A stretch of 64,000 bases of DNA from Eledone cirrhosa (lineage: Eukaryota). This document shows, piece by piece, positions 55,764-64,000 of the stretch; position 1 is the stretch's first letter, and each line of letters starts with the position of its first letter. The stretch lies in assembly GCA_964016885.1 (NCBI GenBank), contig OZ024747.1, positions 16,058,001 to 16,122,000 on the forward strand. Direction: 5' to 3'. The notes beneath the pieces are model-generated. The model was not told where the DNA came from and did no database searches. It was given only the letters and a program-made list of their open reading frames with translations. Position numbers and translations under genes: made by a program.

Positions 55764-57999
55764 TATATATATACCCGTTGAGAAAGATTTATCAATCGTT
55801 AATGTGCAGGATCTAAGAGACAGCTTAGAAAAAAGCCTTTTCGTGTTCAGAGACTTTTACTTTATTAAATTACTGTATCTGTCATTTCTGCTAGGAAAGA
55901 TTCATGCCACAGTTGTAGCTGCCTTCCAAATCTTTGTAATGTTTATTCCTGTTGCACCGAGACTTTTCTAACCAATGTGGAAAATGTTCTAAAAACAATT
56001 CGATGTTGTTTTTGTTGATGTTCTTGTTTAGCCCCTAAGACAAGATTTTTTTTTTATATATAGGCTTAGATTAATACAGTGAAATATGAAGTTTTCTTTA
56101 AAAATATTTCTTGTATACTTAATCAGATTGCGGCGCATTCGTCGTCTTCAAGCTATATTCATTGCAAATTAATGATGCATTCAAAACTCGTACAATGGTT
56201 TCATTACTCACAATAATAAGCAATACCATGGCAATAAATCTTATACCACTTAAATTCATGAGACAAAATTATGAGTAATGATATAAAAGAGCACAAAAAG
56301 GATGGGAGTAAGTTATACACACTACATATGTATAACAATATATTTCAGCTATACCCAACGATTAAGGTAGAACAAGTGTTGCCAGAAAAAAGCAGTCAAG
56401 GATATCTTATGCACCAGGCATTCCACCAAATCTAATTTCTTTCCAGAGTACAATGGTTTCGTTTTGATTATACTGTATTCGGTGGGTGATGATGAGGCAT
56501 ACAAAGGTATCAAAAACGTAATAAACAGTACCACAGCCCATGCCTGCAACAGGACGTTGCCCATCTGTAATCGACTGGGTTTGAAGTACGTAGTAAACGT
56601 CTATTGTTCAGCGTAAATTTCATATTGGATTGTATTATATTAACGGAAGCAGAAGCTTTAACCTTCATGTCATTCTTTTTTATATTTAGTCTGAGATTAG
56701 AATAGTGTTCATGACCATTTTCAGTACATTCAAATATCATATATGTACATACACACACACGCGCGTGTACTCTAACACACACATTCACACACATACATAT
56801 ACATAAACATGAATGTCTCTTTCTTTCTCTCTCTAAATGTATATATATATCACAATAGAATATATATATATATATCTGCGTGTGTGTATGTGTGTGTGCG
56901 TGTGTGTGTATAGGTGTGCGTGTGTGTATGTGTGTATGTGTGTGTGTCAGTGTATAGATGAGTGACTGAATGTACTTATTCAAATCCTAGAAAGACAATG
57001 CTTTTTGTTCTGTTACAGACGTAGCTATTGTAATATTCTCATATGTATATCTTAGACATTTAATATTTCTAGACATTTCCTGCATTTCTTTCCTCAGAGC
57101 ATTAAGTGCTATTCTTTTATTCAAGATAACACAACTTTATTCCGTATTTAATGAATGCACTGTAACCAATAAATGAAAGTTACTGAGATAATGATGTCCT
57201 CGTTATGTATCGTGGCTGTACTATTGGCTAATTAGTTAGTAGAGTTATTCTCAGATCAAATCAGAACGTCTTACATATTTAAATCTTAATAACGGCAATG
57301 TGATAGTAGGATAATGGTGGCTAATTATTAAAGGTATTTAACTACATGGTGTGAATGAAATATTGTTGTTGGTAATATTTCTTTATTTAACCTGACATCT
57401 ACCCACAGGCGTGATGGCGTCTTTGTGGAGTTCGTATCGCAATCAAGAAGTTCATATTTTGTCCAAATGCATGGCTTCTTCAACAAGTTCTATTTACAGG
57501 CTACATAATATGCTAAATATATCATGAACTAGGTGAATACATGCTTTATTAGCAAAGATATTTCTACAATAACGTAAGGGGTGAGCGCACTTCAAGTTTA
57601 AACACATTTTAAATAAGAATATTAGTTCCATTAAATATATGCCATTATATATATATATATATCAACTAGAAATTGATTGACATATATATATTTAAAATAA
57701 ACACATGAAACAATCACAGGGGATAATTTGTAAAGTGTGTAATCACACATAGCTAGGTAGGTAACTAATTAAAGTTTAACTAGAGCTTCAATTCTTTGAG
57801 CTTATTCTATGGTGGATATGGCGCACGTCTCGGACATGACTCCCTTAATTTAATTTAGTTTAATTTGTTTCGGATATATATACATATAAATATATAAATA
57901 CATACGATTTCAAACGCGCATGTTTACACTCAACGATCCTTGTATTACAAATAACGTACCCAAATACAAATATAGATAACTGTCTCATCCTATATATAT

Positions 58000-58091
<92 letters not shown>

Positions 58092-58105
58092 ATAGGGAGA
58101 GACAG

Positions 58106-58222
<117 letters not shown>

Positions 58223-58272
58223 AGAAGTTTTTAAAATAAATTTGAAAAAAATTCGCTGTACTTACTATATGT

Positions 58273-58354
58273 GCCTTTACCGCGGTTTCAAGTTCCAGAA
58301 TAAACAGATAATCCAAGTGGTCTTTCATTCAGAAGGGAACCATCTTCAGAAGGC
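58273..58354 (-). ncRNA. Type I hammerhead ribozyme in a ~320-bp element between microsatellites
   Basis: Minus: gcctt-CTGAAGA-t ggttcc..gaatgaa..ttattc..ggaact t-GAAA-ccgcgg-TA-aaggc; 5-bp stem I, palindromic stem III, GUA triplet. Confidence 0.8.
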
Positions 58355-58571
58355 TCTTCTCCCCCGGAGAATATAATATTCCCGAGTTCAAATCACAAAC
58401 TGACGCCACACAGATGAGAGTGAATGATAAAAGAAATAATTCTGTCTGGTGCCGTGTGCAAAGACAAAAGGCAGGGTGGACAGGTCAATGTCCTGCCACT
58501 AGAAAAAGCAGCAGTCCAAACGGCCAAGTTTTATCTCTACTTTATATATATATATATATATATTATATATA

Positions 58572-60010
58572 TGATGATAAGGGCGCTGCGGAGTTGCAAA
58601 TGGGTTACATATGAAAAAAGTTTGTCCTTCATCAGTGATCTTCAAACTATCATAGGCATTTCATCGCTTTAAAGACCATATACCTCCGGTTGGTGCGAGC
58701 AACGGCTAAAAAAAGTCGTTGGGACACGTAAATAAAGGGGACGCGAGGGTAAACAAACAAAATGGTGAGGCAACAGAAAGTGAGGAAAGGAGACAAGTGC
58801 CAGATTTCTATGAATTTAAGTTCTGTGAAATCGTGAACGAGAGAATAAAGACCATCAAACCTGGTTGAAATGTGAGCAATGAAAGAATTTCGCACAGGTC
58901 TAACGGGAGGAAGAAGGGGTCTGGTCTGCGAATTCGGTAAACATAAGTTCTGTGAAATCGTAGACGAGAGAGAAAAAAAATTCCGACCAGCTTGGCCGAG
59001 AATGTGAGAGAAAAGAGTTACTCACAGGTTAAACGGGAAGAAAGAGGAGGAGGAGGAGAGGTAGTGACAGAGAATGAGTGAGTGAAGGGTGAGGTGAGGA
59101 AGAGGCTAACAGAGAAAGAGACTGCTAGAAAGGGTAAAGATACATAGAACGAAAAAGACGGTGTAGCAGCAGAGGAAAAAATATGTGTAAATATGATAAT
59201 AAGGGCGCTGCGGAGTTGCAAGTGGGTTACATATGAAAAAAGTTTGTCCTTCATCAGTGATCTTCCAACTATCATAGGCATTTCATCGCTTTAAAGACCA
59301 TATACCTCCGGTTGGTGCGAGCAACGGCTAACAAAAGTCGTTGGGACATGTAAATAAAGGGGACGCGAGGGTAAACATACAAAATGGTTGTAACCCATTT
59401 GCAACTCCGCAGCGCCCTTATTATCATATTTACACATATTTTTTCCTCTGCTGCTACACCGTCTTTTTCGTTCTATGTATCTTTACCCTTTCTAGCAGTC
59501 TCTCTCTATGTTAGCCTCTTCCTCACCTCACCCTTCACTCACTCATTCTCTGTCACTACCTCTCCTCCTCCTCCTCTTTCTTCCCGTTTGACCTGTGAGT
59601 AACTCTTTTCTCTCACATTCTCGGCCAAGCTGGTCAGAATTTTTTTTCTCTCTCGTCTACGATTTCACAGAACTTATGTTTACCGAATTCGCAGACCAGA
59701 CCCCTTCTTCCTCCCGTTAGACCTGTGCGAAATTCCTTCCTTGCTCACATTTCAACCAGGTTTGATGGTGTTTATTCTCTCGTTCACGATTTCACAGAAC
59801 TTAAATTCATAGAAATCTGGGACTTGTCTCCTTTCCTCACTTTCTGTTGCCTCACCATTGTGTTTGTTTACCATCGCGTCCCCTTTATTTACGTGTCCCA
59901 ACGACTTTTTTTAGCCGTTGCTCGCACCAACCGGAGGTATGTGGTCTTTAAAGCGATGAAATGCCTATGATAGTTGGAAGATCACTGATGAAGGACAAAC
60001 TTTTTTCATA
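58572..60010. mobile_element. PLE/retrozyme-like non-coding element: 622-bp unit as partial tandem (-) plus inverted full copy (+), in (TA)n
   Basis: gggcgctgcggagttgca at 58581 and 59203 (period 622); 59389-60010 is the reverse complement of one unit. Confidence 0.8.
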
Positions 60011-60383
60011 TATATATATATATATAAGTGTGTGTGTGTGTGTGTATAGGTGTTTATATATATATATATATGCATATTTTTGGCAATAAATGTACAGAAA
60101 ATTTTAAAATTTGCGAGATGAAATATTTATCAAGTCAACATATGTTGAAAACCAACGAAATTACAATGAACAAATAAAAGAGGAAATATAATTGTTCATT
60201 CTGAGTTGTAGTTTCTTGTTCTTTTGTTTTGTCATCATTTTCAAAGTATATTTTATATAATTAGACGATGTCAACACAAAATGATGTCTATGTTTGCAAT
60301 TTTAAGTAATAAATGGGTCACTATTTCTTTCATTTCTTCCAAAATTGATGAAAACTGCTTCAGGCATAATGGTTTGTAGACTG

Positions 60384-60468
<85 letters not shown>

Positions 60469-60788
60469 TTGCAAATACACACACAAGTTTATAGATACAT
60501 ATATATATTCCACGTGGCATCTACATGGACAGGGCATTCAGACATTACAATAGAAGTAGGTTAAATGATTGAAATCAAATTAATTGGAAAGAAGTAAACT
60601 AAAGTGTAAGTCTCAAAACAAAGCCTTCCCTCTATCCCTACAGCAACACAAAATATTAAAAAAACAAATTTAATGTCTTCAGGAAAATGTCTGCTTATGT
60701 GCTTTGACAAATAAATATAATTATTTACTACTTCTGAAGTCTGCACTCTCAATATCTTTAGCAATATCTGTTATCTCCTCTTCCTACT

Positions 60789-60899
<111 letters not shown>

Positions 60900-61067
60900 A
60901 GAATTAGTATATCTACCAACATATATATACAGATGTATACCTATGCTAGCAAATATATAGGTTTTGTCTTAGTAACTGTGTGGTTCAATGCAAGGGGATG
61001 CAGAACAATTATATGAAAGACGTAAAATAAGAAAATTATAAAAATGTACTTACTTACTAAAATTTCA

Positions 61068-61151
61068 CTCCAACTAATTAGTTTCTGAAAAGGAATAAAC
61101 ATGGTTTCCGATTGGAACAACATGGAGAAATATCCTTTCGTCATCAGGGAG
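61068..61151 (-). ncRNA. Type I hammerhead ribozyme (left arm)
   Basis: Minus: ctcc-CTGATGA-c gaaagg..cttttc a-GAAA-ctaattag-TT-ggag; perfectly palindromic stem III. Confidence 0.7.
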
Positions 61152-61335
61152 ATCTGTTCTCAGATAAGTTCCCAGGCAAAGCGTGGACACAGGGAACTTA
61201 TACACAAATAATTCAGTGGATGGAAAAAAGCAAGCGAGGACTAGATTCCAGGACAATGAAAAAATCACTGACTACTTAGTCGGTGGCGAATTCCTTGTGT
61301 CCACGCTTTGCCTGGGAACTTAGCTGAGAACAGAT

Positions 61336-61419
61336 CTCCCTGATGACGAAAGGATATTTCTCCATGTTGTTCCAATCGGAAACCATGTTTATTCCCTTTC
61401 AGAAACTATTTAGTTGGAG
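61336..61419 (+). ncRNA. Type I hammerhead ribozyme (right arm)
   Basis: ctcc-CTGATGA-c gaaagg..cctttc a-GAAA-ctatttag-TT-ggag. Confidence 0.7.
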
Positions 61420-61468
61420 TGAAATTTTAGTAAGTAAGTAAATTTTTATAATTTTCTTATTTTACGTC

Positions 61469-61544
<76 letters not shown>

Positions 61545-61557
61545 CAGGTGTGTCAGT

Positions 61558-61637
61558 TTGGCAGGTGAACAGTGAGCTGTACTGATGAAGGGTGATACCC
61601 AGAAACAGTAGTGTCTGCAGTTCTGTTCACATGCCAA
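61558..61637 (+). ncRNA. Type I hammerhead ribozyme with extended, bulged stem I
   Basis: ttggca.g.gtgaacag.tg.agctgta-CTGATGA-a gggt[gat]accc a-GAAA-ca[gtag]tg-TC-tgcagtt.ctgttcac.a.tgccaa; GUC triplet ends at 61615. Confidence 0.88.
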
Positions 61638-61749
61638 CACAAGAGAAAGAATGATGTGTTCTTTCTACTGACATGGCTAAAAGATTGAGGCTTGTTTGCA
61701 TAATTGCAAAGGAATCGAATGTTATTATTAATATTCGAAAAACTCAGAT

Positions 61750-61839
<90 letters not shown>

Positions 61840-61902
61840 GTTAAAACTGGATGAGACAATTTAGACATTATTTAATAGAGCCCCATATTGGCCATATTAC
61901 TA

Positions 61903-62023
61903 TTTCTGAGTTCAAATCACGCCGAGGTTGACTTTGCCTTTCATCCTTACAGGGTCGATAAAACAAAGTACCAGTAATGCACTGGGTAATTGCTAGCCTT
62001 GTGCCTAAAATAGAAACAATTAT
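61903..62023 (+). mobile_element. 5'-truncated SINE
   Basis: B box, core and tail; TSD attatttaatagag. Confidence 0.88.
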
Positions 62024-62139
62024 TTAATAGAGTACTCGATGCTTTGTATAGTAGAGTATGGGTATATTATATGATTGTGGAACTAGCTGTTGAAACAACG
62101 GCATAAGCTCCGACACTGAGCCCTGATTCTTTAAAAAAA

Positions 62140-62499
62140 CGGAAAAAAACGAAGATAATACGTCATGACTTGGAGGGGTGAAAACAATTACACGCCAGAG
62201 AACGTCTCCACGAACCACCTAATGGAGTATTAGTCTACAACTTCATTTATACCATTAACGTGGTTTTGTCTTTGCGTGTAATTGTTTTCACGCTCAGAAT
62301 AAGGACGTATTATCTTCGTTTTTTCCAGTCTTTGCCAGATAACGTTTCCACGAACCAATGTATCGTCTTCCTGTCTTCCTTCGGCTGCAATGTTTTTCGA
62401 AATATTTACTTCTGCGTTCAGAGATTTAATTAGTTTCAGAAGATCCCGTTAAGGGTGAAAGCAGCAATTCATTGCTTAAACTTTAATCTGTTATTTTAA

Positions 62500-62502
<3 letters not shown>
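62140..62502 (+). mobile_element. PLE-like element with variant HHR (62432-62482) and short 5' inversion, ending at (TA)n
   Basis: 62140-62196 is inverted relative to 62274-62326; agttt-CAGAAGA-t ccc[gttaa]ggg t-GAAA-gcag..ttgc-TT-aaact. Confidence 0.65.
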
Positions 62503-62577
<75 letters not shown>

Positions 62578-62666
62578 TGTATGTATAGTATATTTGGCAA
62601 TATACCGTATGTTTAATTAAAAACATTTAGAAGACCATACGCTATCAGTTTTAAAGTAGTGACTAT

Positions 62667-62729
62667 GTCACTTACTTCTTTTCGGCATGAGAAGGGAGAG
62701 CAACTGACAGTCTGGCTCATCAGAGTCAC
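62667..62729 (-). ncRNA. Degenerate hammerhead-like motif
   Basis: Minus: gtgact-CTGATGA-gcca..tgcc-GAAA-agaag-TA-agtgac; one mismatch each in stems I and II. Confidence 0.4.
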
Positions 62730-62949
62730 GTACCTCCCTGCAGTCGCCGAAAATTATAGAAGGTGGTTTCTTATAGAATTGCATGTGTGTGTGTGTGTAT
62801 GTGTGTGTGTGTGAATGTATGTATATATATATGAATGTATGTATATATATATATATATAGTAATAATAATAAATGTGAAGACTAAAATCCAAAGAGGGCT
62901 CGATAAGGATAAATATATATAAAATATATAAGAACCCTAGAACAAATAT

Positions 62950-63243
62950 TTCTTAAAATAACCGATTAAAGTTTAAGCAAAGAATCGCTGCTTTCATCCT
63001 TAAGGGGATCTTCTGAAACTAAAAAAAAAGTCAGTCTGTGAACGCAGAATTAAATATTTCGAAAAACGTTGCAACCGAAGGAAAATAGGAAGACGATACT
63101 TTGGTTCGTGAAGACGTTCCCTGGTAATGAACGGAAAAAAGCGAAGAAAATTGCCTCGTTATGTGGAGCGATGGGAACAATTACACGCAAATACAAAACC
63201 ACATTTATGGTATAAATGGAGTCATTAGACTAATATTCTATTT
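62950..63243 (-). mobile_element. Second, diverged copy of the 62220-62500 element with the same variant HHR (62970-63020)
   Basis: Colinear reverse-complement similarity over ~290 bp. Confidence 0.75.
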
Positions 63244-63674
63244 AAGAAACCGAATGATTCTTGGCTTCGGAGTTAAGAATAATGTAAATAAATTAGTTGA
63301 ACGAAAATGACAGAGGTTATTAAAATCATAAAAGTAATACTAATTACATACACACATCTATACATACATACACGTGCATACGCGAAAACACACGTCATGC
63401 ATGCATATACATGCACGTACACATAAGCATGCGCACACGTACGTAACCTAGCGCGACACATATACCCGCACACATACGAACGTATACACCAAATACACAT
63501 ATATGTGTGTATATTTATTTATGTATAAAATTATATATCTCCATATATAAATATACACGTATAAATGCGTATATAACGCACGCACACACATATTTACAGG
63601 CTTAACATTTAATGTTATTTTAATAGATTAATAAATAAATAAATAAATATCTATCTATATATATATATATATAC

Positions 63675-63869
63675 AGGAAAATGTAAGATCCCGACGGCAG
63701 AGCTCAAGCCGTTTCGACGGCTATTTCTGGAGTAGTCCAGAAATAGCCGTCGAACCGGCTTCAGCTCTGCGTCGGTGTCTTACATTTTCCTATTACCCAC
63801 TCTACTACCCTAAGTATTAAGTACTCTGGTGCGTTATTGTCCATCTGGTTCCTTACCACAACTCCTTCG

Positions 63870-63870
<1 letters not shown>
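63675..63870 (+). mobile_element. Snap-back palindromic element (117-bp hairpin) with HHR 3' halves, between (TA)n tracts
   Basis: Hairpin 63675-63791 with gtag loop at 63732-63735; left arm reverse complement reads cGAAA-cggc[ttgagctct]gccg-TC-gggatc. Confidence 0.75.
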
Positions 63871-63930
<60 letters not shown>

Positions 63931-64000
63931 GAATACATTGTATACATACATATATTTGATTTATGAATTAAGAGCTCTATGAATGAAAGAATCATTTTAG

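Larger units (their letters stand above)
61010..61477. mobile_element. Fold-back element: ~189-bp inverted arms with ~90-bp spacer, one HHR per arm
   Basis: 61010-61198 is a near-perfect reverse complement of 61289-61477; right end runs into (TA)n. Confidence 0.85.

Noticed and set aside
62024-62218. ORF with PILYYTKH resembling the Penelope RT PxxYxLPKxHK motif
   Set aside because: The same DNA is better explained as the non-coding tail of the 63675 family

Overview
AT-rich eukaryotic DNA, dense in microsatellites and apparently intronic or intergenic. The SINE family and repeat content point to a cephalopod, probably an octopod (inference). No host protein-coding gene is firmly supported; almost all track ORFs come from simple repeats. 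Ordinary content: about 20 copies of one tRNA-derived SINE with a Nin/Deu-like core, many with TSDs; a deleted Chapaev3-type transposon; mariner and hAT remnants; two MITEs; R4/Dong and RTE LINE fragments; a 26-bp minisatellite; and a ~7-kb 30-bp minisatellite with a 2159-bp higher-order duplication. Most notable is a dense set of short non-coding elements, mostly in or beside (TA)n/(TG)n tracts, that carry type I hammerhead ribozyme (HHR) folds. Cores are intact at 50810-50959, 58273-58354, 61068-61151/61336-61419 and 61558-61637, with variant or partial cores elsewhere. Several have very long stem II, a mismatched first stem II pair, a palindromic stem III, and inverted, partial-tandem or snap-back layouts. 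These resemble Penelope-like element (PLE) pseudo-LTRs or retrozymes. All folds were paired by eye and cleavage activity is untested.
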